NCBI GenBank assembly: GCA_963677485.1
Contig: OY781964.1
Span: 2,464,001-2,528,000 of the forward strand
DNA: 64,000 bases
Origin: Armatimonadota bacterium
GTDB taxonomy: Bacteria; Armatimonadota; HRBIN16
Direction of reading: 5' to 3'
The notes under the pieces were generated by a model. It searched no databases, had not been told where the DNA came from, and saw only the letters and a program-made list of their open reading frames with translations. Every line of letters starts with the position of its first letter. The first letter of the stretch is position 1. A program made the translations under genes and the position numbers. This document shows positions 20,308 to 29,648 of this stretch, one piece after another.

Positions 20308-23300
20308 CTACGGCAGCCTGACATCCGTGTAGCTGCCGACGCTCAACTTCGCGCTGGCGGCACTAAGGTGGACGCGCATGGCGCCCTTGAACGGCTTATA
20401 CACCAGCTTCTCGACATCATAAAGAACAGGCAGTTTGGCGGTGGGGATGGTGGCCCGGTAGGCCCCGTCCTTACCCAGCGGGATGTCCTGCCAGATGTCC
20501 TCACTGGGCACAAACTCCGCGCGGATGCTGGCTGGTGTGAGCGGTTTGCCGCTGATTTCGTAGAGCCTGGCGGCGATCTGCAGACCGCTTTTCGAAGCCG
20601 TGACGCTGGTGCGCATACCCATCTGGCCCATCAAACGGCGGGCATGGGCGATAGCCTTCACATGGTCGCCTTCAGACTGCGCGGTGTTCATGGCCTCCAG
20701 CTCATACTGACTGGCCGCGGTGAGGGCTTTCAGGCCTTTCCAGCGTGCGGCGACAGTTTTAGCCTGCGCCACGGCGGCCTGAGCTTCTTGCTGTGTGCTC
20801 TTCTGCATGAACTGCACGTAGCATTTGCCGTTAGCCTCCATCGAGACCGTGCCGCTGAAGCCTTGCCCGCTCCAACTGTCGCTGGCTACAGCAGCACTGC
20901 TCTCATACCGCGACTCCACCAACCCGAACCTCTGTGCCAGAGGGCGCAAATCCACATCCATCTTGACCGACTGGTTGCTAGTGTTGATGAACACCACAAA
21001 CATATTCATGCCATCGCTGAGGGCCATCGTCTCCAGCCGCTGTCGTGCAGGAACATCCAACATGTAGCTGGCTTGAAGCAGTCTGGTACCCGGAACAGGC
21101 TGGTCGTTCAAGTAAGCCTGGCTGCCCTCGACCGCGTTTTTGGGGTCGCTCCACCAGCCCAGGTGCAGGTCCGGAGTGCCCTTGTCTGCCGTCATGCGCA
21201 CATAAACTGTGGCATTAGCCGGCGGTGATTTTTGCAGGGTGAGGGTGTAGTTGGCACCATCGGTGAGAGGGGCGTCGATATGCTTGCTTCCCAGCAGCTC
21301 ACCGGATGGGCTGTCGATGAACGCCTCCAGCGTCAGCCCATACTCATGCTTTTTCGTATAGGTAGGCACGTTGATGGAGATGGAGGTCAGGCCCTCTGCG
21401 AATGTTTTGATGGTCTGACCCAGACTGAGACCGTCGACCACCTGATGGGCATCCCGCGGGCCGTTGAAGTTGCCGTTGCTCCAAGTGGTGGGCTGCTTGG
21501 CCATGTCGCTATTGTTGACAAGCACCGTGCGCAAGCTGTCGGGCAGTTGGCTGGCCGCATCGAACACGCTAGTGCTGGCTATCCGTCGGATTTCGCCTTT
21601 GCCCACGCGCTCTGACGCCGGGCCAGGTGTATCGGTGATGAGTATACCGCCCTGCTGTACATACTCATCGAGCTTGGTCTGCACGTCGGGCTCGATCAGT
21701 GAGTTGCCCAGGCTGATGAGGTATTCATAGCCTTTGGCCTCACCTTTGCGCAGCAGATTGTCTGAAAGATAGTATTTGGCGATCTGGTTTTGTATACAAG
21801 AGATGTGTATCTCGTCCCACTTGGGTTGATACCCACGCAGTGCCCAGGTCGGGTGCGAGCGGTAAACCGCCACCGAGGGCGTCACGGGGTGCATCCCCTC
21901 CAGCACGGGTGAAAGCAGCTTCAACTCCATAAACAGCCGGTCGATAGCCTTCTCGCCTGGAGTGCCGCGCACGCCCCACTCGCCATCGGGCAGGGTACCC
22001 GACCACTGCACCAATCCGAGGTGCCAGGCTCCGCTGCCAATGGTCTCGCTGATGTAGCGGGTGGCGGCTTGTGGGGTGAAACTGCGTCCTCCACCGCGGG
22101 CGGTGGGATCCGTAAACTTGTAGGCCAGCCGGTTGGGGCTGTAGGGCTTGCCAAACGGCAGCAGGGTTTCAATATACTGCATGTTGAAGTAGCTCGGGTC
22201 GTCGTCTATGATGATCTGACCCGTCTCCCAGCCGTCGCTGTTGGAGACGAACAGATCAGGCGACCACCCCATGCCCGCGTAGGTGTTGCCAGTGAATATC
22301 GTGCCGTGGTTGCAGGTAAAGGCGGGCTTGCTGAGGTCCACATCACGGAAAGCCTGGTAGAACTGTCCCGAATGTTCCGCCATCGCCACGAAGCGGAAGT
22401 CCAGCCAGTCTTTCCAACTCTGCTGCTCGCTGGGAGCACGAGGCGCGTCCAGCTTCTCCCAGCTTGGGTTTTGGCTGCTCCAGGCCTTGTTCAACGCCTC
22501 TAGTGTGCCGTATTTATGTTTTAACCAGGCGCGGAAGTGGTTCAGGCTGGTTGCGCTGTAGTCGGTCCATCTATTGGCATCAAGATAGGTGTAGTAGAGG
22601 CTTTCACCGCCCATCAGCCAGTAGATGACATTCGGGAAATCGCTCAAGGCCTTGGCGTTGATTCGGCAAAACTGCCGTGAACCCAGCACAAATGCGGGGT
22701 GCTCTAGACCGTTGCAGGGCACCATGGTGCCGAACATCCCGCCTAAAATCGGCTGGTTATACTGGTCGAGTTGCACCGATTCGGGGAACTTCTTCATAAA
22801 CCATTCGGGCATATATGGGAAACCAGGGTTATTCCAGTTACCCAGATTCGCCACCACATATAGCCCCAATTTCGACATGATGGTGGCTTGGTTTGGACCT
22901 AGCACCAAGCACTGATGCTTCTGATCTGAGGCGACCACATCCTGCCACTGACCATTAGCATGGATCTGAAGTTCAAAATCGAAGTTGGCGTAGTTTCCAC
23001 CATCGGAGCCTGCCTTCCCCTGGGAATAGGGGTTGTTCTCCCGTGCCCACCAGGCGACATAGCTGCCGGTTGGGCGTGAAAGAACCAGCTGGTATTTACC
23101 GGCGGACTGGGGCTTAAATCGGAACTCGGCATGTTGATTGTCTTTCAGATAGCTGCTCTGCCCTTTGGCCGCGTCGGCCCACGACTTGCCGTTCCACTTC
23201 TGAAGGCTCCAGTTGCATTGGCTGTTGGTGCTCATCATGGTGGCCAGGCAAGGGCCGATACCGTCAAAAGCAGCCGTAGCGGTGAATGACTGCCAGAGCT

Positions 23301-23571
23301 TGGTGGGGGCCATCACATTGCTGACCCCGCAGCCATACGGTGCAGAGGCATCTTGCGTCGGAGTCCACATGGCACCAATCGAACCAGTATTGGCATTGGT
23401 CTTGGCCATTTCCGCCCAGTCTGCCTGCTGATCGACAAATGGATAGCCGTAATACTGAAGCGGCTGCTTCACTATGGGCTGCCATTCCGGTTTCAGCGAG
23501 GTGCTGATGGGACCAGCCATGGCCATTCCGCCAACGACTAGAGTGATACCGAGGTGTAGAATCCGACGCAT
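20308..23571 (-). CDS. Large secreted GH42-like beta-galactosidase-family protein
   Basis: Signal peptide; FRAWLKHKYGTLEALNKAW and WKDWLDFR typical of GH42-like barrels; trimerisation-like region and extra beta domains. Confidence 0.7.
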   Translation of the reverse strand: MRRILHLGITLVVGGMAMAGPISTSLKPEWQPIVKQPLQYYGYPFVDQQADWAEMAKTNANTGSIGAMWTPTQDASAPYGCGVSNVMAPTKLWQSFTATAAFDGIGPCLATMMSTNSQCNWSLQKWNGKSWADAAKGQSSYLKDNQHAEFRFKPQSAGKYQLVLSRPTGSYVAWWARENNPYSQGKAGSDGGNYANFDFELQIHANGQWQDVVASDQKHQCLVLGPNQATIMSKLGLYVVANLGNWNNPGFPYMPEWFMKKFPESVQLDQYNQPILGGMFGTMVPCNGLEHPAFVLGSRQFCRINAKALSDFPNVIYWLMGGESLYYTYLDANRWTDYSATSLNHFRAWLKHKYGTLEALNKAWSSQNPSWEKLDAPRAPSEQQSWKDWLDFRFVAMAEHSGQFYQAFRDVDLSKPAFTCNHGTIFTGNTYAGMGWSPDLFVSNSDGWETGQIIIDDDPSYFNMQYIETLLPFGKPYSPNRLAYKFTDPTARGGGRSFTPQAATRYISETIGSGAWHLGLVQWSGTLPDGEWGVRGTPGEKAIDRLFMELKLLSPVLEGMHPVTPSVAVYRSHPTWALRGYQPKWDEIHISCIQNQIAKYYLSDNLLRKGEAKGYEYLISLGNSLIEPDVQTKLDEYVQQGGILITDTPGPASERVGKGEIRRIASTSVFDAASQLPDSLRTVLVNNSDMAKQPTTWSNGNFNGPRDAHQVVDGLSLGQTIKTFAEGLTSISINVPTYTKKHEYGLTLEAFIDSPSGELLGSKHIDAPLTDGANYTLTLQKSPPANATVYVRMTADKGTPDLHLGWWSDPKNAVEGSQAYLNDQPVPGTRLLQASYMLDVPARQRLETMALSDGMNMFVVFINTSNQSVKMDVDLRPLAQRFGLVESRYESSAAVASDSWSGQGFSGTVSMEANGKCYVQFMQKSTQQEAQAAVAQAKTVAARWKGLKALTAASQYELEAMNTAQSEGDHVKAIAHARRLMGQMGMRTSVTASKSGLQIAARLYEISGKPLTPASIRAEFVPSEDIWQDIPLGKDGAYRATIPTAKLPVLYDVEKLVYKPFKGAMRVHLSAASAKLSVGSYTDVRLP

Positions 23572-23592
23572 ATGCTGTTCCTGTCCTTCCGA

Positions 23593-24330
23593 CTAGTAGC
23601 CGAGAGACTTCATGTAGTCGATGCACTCTTTAGCGACCTGCATCGGCTTGCCGTAGGTGTCGTCCTGTTCGATGATGAGGTATTCCACACCCTTGGTGGC
23701 CTCCAGTGCGAACAGAGCTGGCCAGTCGATGGTGCCGCTGCCCACGGAGATCATCTTGCCCTCAGTGTCCATATCTTTGACGTGCAGCAAGGGCAGGCGA
23801 CCTGCTCGCTTGTTGATGGCTCCTGCGATGTCCTGCCCGCCATGCTTGACCCAGAACAGGTCGAGTTCGGCGTTCAAGTCGGGCGCATTGGTGTAAAGAA
23901 GATCGAGACCGAGCTGACCTTCATAGGTGCCGAACTCAAAGCTGTGGTTGTGATAGCACAGGGTGATACCCAGCTTGGCCAGTTTTTCGGCTCCGGCTTG
24001 CATCATGGCCGCGGAGGCCTTCCATGCGGCCGCGTCGCTGCGCATCTCTTCAGGGATGTAAGCCACTGTGAAGTATTTTGCACCGAGTGTTTTGGCGTTG
24101 GCGGCGACGGTATCGCAGTCGGCCAGGTCGTTAGGACCGCCATGCATGGAGATGGCCTGCAGGCCGTGTTTTGCGAGTGTTTCGGCCAACTTTTCAATGG
24201 ACAGGCCGTAGGTGCCGGCGGTCTCAACATACTTATAGCCCATTGCGGCCAAACCGGCCAGGGTGCCGTGTAGGTCGGCATCGGCGGCGTCACGAACGGT
24301 ATACAGTTGGATAGCGAGTTGCGGTTTCAT
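23593..24330 (-). CDS. Sugar phosphate isomerase/epimerase (AP endonuclease 2 TIM barrel)
   Basis: QLYTVRD, YHNHSFEF, ELDLFW, LHVKD and IIEQD motifs. Confidence 0.9.
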   Translation of the reverse strand: MKPQLAIQLYTVRDAADADLHGTLAGLAAMGYKYVETAGTYGLSIEKLAETLAKHGLQAISMHGGPNDLADCDTVAANAKTLGAKYFTVAYIPEEMRSDAAAWKASAAMMQAGAEKLAKLGITLCYHNHSFEFGTYEGQLGLDLLYTNAPDLNAELDLFWVKHGGQDIAGAINKRAGRLPLLHVKDMDTEGKMISVGSGTIDWPALFALEATKGVEYLIIEQDDTYGKPMQVAKECIDYMKSLGY

Positions 24331-24532
24331 CTAGTCACCTCAAAAGAGTATTATGTGCGATGCGTACACCTTCATATTAACCAAGATGGGGGCTGGTTCC
24401 TCTATGTGGGCCCGATTTTAGAGCTGCGAAAACTACTCAGCCTCACGCGAAGACGCGAAGACGCGAAGGTAATGACCGGCGCGGTTTAACGACATGGGCC
24501 GGTGTCGTGGACCGAAGCTGATCAGCTCACGT

Positions 24533-25141
24533 TGCCGCGGGTTTAGTCACCCCATGAATGGGGTTCCCTCACCGCGCGTCTAGGTTATCGCAGCCCGCAA
24601 GCGGGCGCATGTTGCCCTCCGCCAGCGCCTGCAGGAGCGTAGCGACGCGGGCAGCCATCTAATCAGCGACGGGTGATGGAGCCCCCTGGGGCGATGGAAC
24701 CCGTCGACACGGGACGGTCGTTGATATCGGAGGTGTTTAGCCCTCGCTGCCGCGGGTTTAGTCACCCCGTGAACGGGGTTCCCTCACCGCGCGTCTAGGT
24801 ATTGGCAGCCCGTAATCGGGCGCATGGCCCTCCGCCAGCGCCCGCAGGAGCGAAGCGACGCGGGCAGCCATCTGATCAGCGACGGGTGATGGAGCCCCCT
24901 GGGGCGATGGAACCCGTCGACTCGGGGCCGCTCACCTATATCGCAGGCTACCAGCCTCGCTGCCGCGGGTTTAGTCACCCCATGAATGGGGTTCCTTCAC
25001 CGCGCGTATAGGTATTTGCAGCCCGCAAGCGGGCGCATGGCCCTCCGCCAGCGCCCGCTGGAGCGAAGCCGACGCGGGCAGCCAACTGATCAGCGACGGG
25101 TGATGGAGCCCCCTGGGGCGATGGAACCTGTCGACACGGGC
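24533..25141. repeat. Tandem array of three ~214 bp multi-hairpin units
   Basis: TGCCGCGGGTTTAGTCACCCC at 24533, 24748 and 24961; internal hairpins ACCCC..GGGGT, GCCCGCAAGCGGGC, CGACGGGT..ACCCGTCG. Confidence 0.9.
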
Positions 25142-25213
25142 GTGTTGACCCATGTCAAGGCAGGAGAGAAAAGGTATGGTCATAGCTACAAAATCCCTCC
25201 GCCGTCCGTTGCT

Positions 25214-26287
25214 CTACCAGCAGCTCTTCAGCAGCTCAATCATATACCGGAAGTTCTCAAACTTCGCGTCGGCAGGCACGGCGTGGTCGACCGCCGGTAT
25301 CCAGCCGCCCCGCGCATACAGCTCACAAGCCTTGGGCACGACCTCGTTCCACACATCCTGCCGGCTGCGTGACAACACCCGCTTGTCCAGACCGCCAAAG
25401 AACTTGAACTCGGGGAAGCGTCGGGCGTAGTCGAGCAGCGACTGCACCGAGGCGATCTCCACCGGACTGGTGCCTTCGATACCCGCCTCAATCCAGAGCG
25501 GAATCAACTCCGAAATATGGCCGTCGCAATCCACAAACACCGTCTCGCAGCCCAGAGATCGGGCTTCCTGCACCAGTTCTTGGTATCTTGGCACAAGCTT
25601 TTGCCTGATGATGGCCGGGCTGACCATGCAGGCGGTCTTGTAGGCCATGTCTTCGCTGATCATCAAGTTGTCGATACGGGCCCCAGCCAGATGCGTACGC
25701 AGCAGCCGGATGTTAAAGTCCAGAACGAAGTCGAGCATCTCATCGATCAACTCAGGCTGGTCGATGAAGGCGATGGAGAGCCCCTCAAACCCCAGCCACT
25801 GCCGCATGGTCCAGTAGAAGCCCAGTATGGTGAACATGAACGGCCGGTCGCTCGTATGGCTGCGGGCGATGGCCTCATCGTAACCGGGGTATTGCCGCCC
25901 CAGGTCTTCGGGGTCATACCTCTGCGTCATCGCCAGGAAGTCCTGCCTGCTTTCCACAGGGAACTTCAGCCATTTGCGTGTGACGAACCCGGAGCCCTGC
26001 GCGTCGACTCCGTCGATGCGCAGCGCACCCTCTTCGTCATAGTAAGTGATGTGGCCGTCTTTCTGCTCCACTACCCGTTTTTCAAACTGCGGGTAGTGTG
26101 AGATCGCCACCGGGATACCGTCAAACTGGTCATACCCCAGCAGCTCCTCAGTGGATATACCCTCAGGATGCCCCTGCTTCAGCCACTCCTTCATGGTGGC
26201 GGGGCGTGTGGGGAACGTCCAGATGAATGGAGCATCGGGACGTTCGAATCGCATGATCTTGTGGAATCGCTCCCTGGGTGTCATCAT
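25214..26287 (-). CDS. Uroporphyrinogen decarboxylase superfamily protein
   Basis: MTPRERF, SEDMAYK, VDCDG, GGLDKR and IPAVDHAVP motifs. Confidence 0.85.
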   Translation of the reverse strand: MMTPRERFHKIMRFERPDAPFIWTFPTRPATMKEWLKQGHPEGISTEELLGYDQFDGIPVAISHYPQFEKRVVEQKDGHITYYDEEGALRIDGVDAQGSGFVTRKWLKFPVESRQDFLAMTQRYDPEDLGRQYPGYDEAIARSHTSDRPFMFTILGFYWTMRQWLGFEGLSIAFIDQPELIDEMLDFVLDFNIRLLRTHLAGARIDNLMISEDMAYKTACMVSPAIIRQKLVPRYQELVQEARSLGCETVFVDCDGHISELIPLWIEAGIEGTSPVEIASVQSLLDYARRFPEFKFFGGLDKRVLSRSRQDVWNEVVPKACELYARGGWIPAVDHAVPADAKFENFRYMIELLKSCW

Positions 26288-26292
26288 GGCTA

Positions 26293-27528
26293 TTACCTGC
26301 GGTAATCGGCTAAGGGAACCAGCTCCGACAGTCGCACGTTGCGGTGCTCTGCAATGGAGGTGTTCGCCGAGATGCCGATCAGAATAGAGACGGCACCAGC
26401 ATAGGAACCCGCGGCGTGACCTAGCGGGTCAGGCACGTTGCCCTCGAACAGCATCTTCAGCAGCCGCGCATCACCACCGCCGTGGCCTCCGGTTGACTTT
26501 GGCACCGCGTAGGTCAGTTTAGCCCCGGTGCGGTCGTATATGTCGTAACTAAATGCCGGGTCGGCGGTACGCATTCCGCTATGATATTCGGCCGCTTCCA
26601 GCCGCCCCTTGGTTCCGCTGATGGCGATCTTCCAACCCTCATATGGCGAGTGGGCGATCAGCGAATAGGTGAGCAGAGCTCCGCGTGAATAGCGCACATT
26701 CACGCTCATGCTGTCCTCGATGTCTATCTCATCGGCGAACACGCAACGGTCACGGAAATAGCTGTCAGCCGATTCGCAGTTGAGGTACATCGCACTGCCG
26801 AAGCTGTCTTTGGTGATGTCGTAGAAGAATTCGCAAGTGTTCTTGTGTAGGCAGGTCAGGCATCTCTCGCCGCGGTTCTCACGGGTGGGACCATAGAATC
26901 GCCGTGTGCCGAATGCCATGACCTCTTCGGGCTCCTCGTCGATCCACCAGTTCACCATGTCAAAGTGGTGGGTGGATTTGTGAACCAGCAGGCCGCCAGA
27001 GTTCTCTTTTTTACGGTGCCAGCGGCGGAAGTAGTCAGCACCATGTGTGGTGTCCAGCAGATACTCAAAGTCCACATTTAGAATATCGCCCACGGCACCG
27101 TCCTTCAGCGCCTGCTTGATGGCGGTGACATACGGGGTATACCGATAGTTGAAGGTGATGGTCAGCTTCCTGCCCGTGCGCTTCTCGCACTCCAGCAGAG
27201 CCTGGCATTTCGCGGGGTCGATGGTCATGGGCTTTTCGGATATGACGTCGATACCGGCCTCCATGCACTTGATGGCATATTCATGGTGGAAGCGGTCGAC
27301 CGTGGTGATGATGGCGGCATCTGGCTTGGTTTCGGCCAGCATCAGGTCGACATCCTCATAGATGGAGCAGTCCAGACCGGCCTGCTTGACCACTTCCTGG
27401 CAGCGCAGAATGTTGATGTCATAGATTCCGACCACTTTAGCGCAGTGGCTGAAGGTGTTGGCGATGGGCTGGGCATACATATAGAGTGCCCTACCGCTGG
27501 CTCCGATCAGTACATATCTTTTTTGCAT
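26293..27528 (-). CDS. Gfo/Idh/MocA family oxidoreductase
   Basis: Rossmann start IGASGR, EKPM, FNYRY, GGLLVHKSTHHFD, GHGGGD. Confidence 0.92.
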   Translation of the reverse strand: MQKRYVLIGASGRALYMYAQPIANTFSHCAKVVGIYDINILRCQEVVKQAGLDCSIYEDVDLMLAETKPDAAIITTVDRFHHEYAIKCMEAGIDVISEKPMTIDPAKCQALLECEKRTGRKLTITFNYRYTPYVTAIKQALKDGAVGDILNVDFEYLLDTTHGADYFRRWHRKKENSGGLLVHKSTHHFDMVNWWIDEEPEEVMAFGTRRFYGPTRENRGERCLTCLHKNTCEFFYDITKDSFGSAMYLNCESADSYFRDRCVFADEIDIEDSMSVNVRYSRGALLTYSLIAHSPYEGWKIAISGTKGRLEAAEYHSGMRTADPAFSYDIYDRTGAKLTYAVPKSTGGHGGGDARLLKMLFEGNVPDPLGHAAGSYAGAVSILIGISANTSIAEHRNVRLSELVPLADYRR

Positions 27529-27546
27529 GATGGCTTTTGTTTTCCC

Positions 27547-28593
27547 TTAGCTTTTGTTGATAGCGACCGGTCCGGTGGAACCCCTGACGACCAGTTCAGT
27601 TAGTATGGTATGTGAGTTGGATGGTAACTGTGGTTGGAGACGCAGGTTGCGAAGCACCAGCACCGCCAGCCTGGCGATTTCGGCAGGGTTGTCCTTCACT
27701 GTGGTCAGAGGTGGATCACAGTAGAGCCCCTCTTCTGTGGCACCCCAGCCGACGATGGACAGATCGTCCGGTATCCGCAGCCCCATGTTCTGAGCACCTC
27801 GGATGGCACCGATCGCCAACGGGTCGTTGACGGCGACCATGGCGGTGACATCCGGGCGGCGGGTTAGAAGTTGTTTCACCGCCTCAATGCCTCCAGGGAA
27901 TGAGGCTTCCGAGCTGGTCTGGATCAGTGCAGGATCGAATGCGATCCCCGCCAACGCCAGACCTTCGCAGTAACCTGCGTATTTGGCCACCGAGGTGGCT
28001 CCGGTTAGGTCCGCGCCGGGCAGGAAGGCGATCTTCCGATGTCCCAGTGCTGCGAGGTGCGACACGCTGTCACGGAAGGCTTGTATTCGGTCTGAGGTCA
28101 CCGACAGGATATCGGCACCGCCGTAGGGGTAGAGGCTGACCAGCGGCGTTCCTGCTTGTTTGGCTTGCAGCATGTATTCCTGAGCGGCATCGAATGCATC
28201 CCACATCATCAGTATCCCGAAAGGCTGCAGGTCGATGGCGCGCTGGAACATATCGACCGTCTCCTGGTGTGATCCGGCGACGTAGACCGCCGTGGGCAGG
28301 TTGGCGATGGCGGAGTTGCGGGTCAGCTCCATGAACAGGTCCACCGTGCCGCCGCGGATGCGGGTGCCGGAGACGACGATGATGATCATGTCCAGATATC
28401 CGCGCTTCAGCGCCGCGCCGATGACATCCAGCTTATAGCCCATCGCGGCGGCGGTTTCCAGGATTCGGGTCCGCACCGAATCCGATATGCGCGAACTTTT
28501 CTTGCCAGAGAGCACATACTGCGCACTGGCGTAGGACACCTCGGCCGCATCTGCCACATCGCGGATTCGGACCTTTCGGCCGGCTTCAGCCAT
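27547..28593 (-). CDS. LacI family transcriptional regulator
   Basis: IRDVADAAEVS HTH; GHRKIAF, NDPLAIG, IPDDLSIVG, PPLTTV. Confidence 0.93.
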   Translation of the reverse strand: MAEAGRKVRIRDVADAAEVSYASAQYVLSGKKSSRISDSVRTRILETAAAMGYKLDVIGAALKRGYLDMIIIVVSGTRIRGGTVDLFMELTRNSAIANLPTAVYVAGSHQETVDMFQRAIDLQPFGILMMWDAFDAAQEYMLQAKQAGTPLVSLYPYGGADILSVTSDRIQAFRDSVSHLAALGHRKIAFLPGADLTGATSVAKYAGYCEGLALAGIAFDPALIQTSSEASFPGGIEAVKQLLTRRPDVTAMVAVNDPLAIGAIRGAQNMGLRIPDDLSIVGWGATEEGLYCDPPLTTVKDNPAEIARLAVLVLRNLRLQPQLPSNSHTILTELVVRGSTGPVAINKS

Positions 28594-28698
28594 AGTGATG
28601 GCCCCTTTCAGGGTAAGTAATTCGAGTAACCATGTTTATCATATCGGGTTTTCGTGGGATTTCAAGGGGGCAGGGAACAGCGGAGGGGAGGTGGGGCT

Positions 28699-29051
28699 GA
28701 ACCGCGGATGGACGCAGATAGACGCGGATGGGGAGGAGTATCTGAACCACGGATTACGCGGATGACACGGATGGGTTCGGATGGAGAGGGAGTGCCTACA
28801 CCACGGATGGACGCAGATAGACGCCGATGGGGGAGTGTCTGAACCGCGGCTTACGCGGATGACACGGATGGGTTCGGATGGAGAGGGAGTGTCTATTCTA
28901 CGGATGGACACGGATGGACACGGATGGACACCGATGGGTTCGGATGGGAGGTGCATCATCAACCACTATACACAGTTACTTATCCTCTATGGTTCAGATG
29001 CTCCCTCTCCATCTGTGTCATCATGAAAATCCGTGTAATCCGTGGTTCAGA
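28699..29051. repeat. Composite CRCRRAK repeat cluster with inverted closing module
   Basis: Repeated aaccacggattacgcggatgacacggat and cgcggatggacgcagatagacgc blocks, closed by atccgtgtaatccgtggttcaga. Confidence 0.85.
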
Positions 29052-29130
29052 AAAATAACTACAGCGGCAGTGGGCGTCGGGGATGTGCTAATCAGGCGAA
29101 CAGCAGAAGGCCATACAAACAAAAGGCATC

Positions 29131-29154
29131 GACCGCCCCGGTGAAGGGGCGGTC
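29131..29154 (-). terminator. Hairpin terminator downstream of 29169-29627
   Basis: GACCGCCCC-ggtgaa-GGGGCGGTC with a T-rich tail on the minus strand. Confidence 0.6.
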
Positions 29155-29168
29155 AACACTGGCGGAAG

Positions 29169-29627
29169 CTACTTGACTTCCAGAAGCACGGGGGCAGTGT
29201 AGTTGTCGGGTAGGGTATCTACCTGGTACTCGCGGCTGAGATTCGGGTAGTCTGAGAACTTCGCGAGCTTGGCTGTGATGGTGTCTTTGGCCTTGTTCTT
29301 CTTGATGGCAGGAACGATCTTGCCGTTCAAGATGCCCCATCGAAGCACGCGGATCACGGTGCCGGGCTTCACGCCATCGATTTTGCCACCCTTGACCGCC
29401 TTGACTTTCCACTCTTGTGCGATCAGCACATTCAGGTAAGGTTTCACACGGTTAGGATCCGGCACTGGAGTGACCTGGCTAATTGTGGCCGTGACGCTGA
29501 TCTTGGTGATGGCCTTGCCCTTAGGTGCCACGGACGGGGCCGTGATCTGCTGCGTACTGACGGCAGCTACCGTTCCTAGCATTAATACTGCTGCGAAAGA
29601 TGCTGGTACCCATTTTGCGATTTTCAT
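29169..29627 (-). CDS. Hypothetical secreted basic protein
   Basis: 152 aa, signal-peptide-like N-terminus, GAGAGGG RBS; follows 29649-31379 in a probable operon. Confidence 0.7.
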   Translation of the reverse strand: MKIAKWVPASFAAVLMLGTVAAVSTQQITAPSVAPKGKAITKISVTATISQVTPVPDPNRVKPYLNVLIAQEWKVKAVKGGKIDGVKPGTVIRVLRWGILNGKIVPAIKKNKAKDTITAKLAKFSDYPNLSREYQVDTLPDNYTAPVLLEVK

Positions 29628-29648
29628 TATGTTCCCTCTCGTATTTTT

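Noticed and set aside
19642-25141. CRISPR arrays at the two long tandem repeats
   Set aside because: Units are 164 and ~214 bp with conserved interiors rather than short repeats with unique spacers; no cas genes in the window.
28639-29144. Short ORFs over repeat clusters (also 24580-25183, 33254-33628, 35927-36121, 45698-45991)
   Set aside because: They are translations of repeats (e.g. IRVIRV, ICVICV) with no RBS or family signal.
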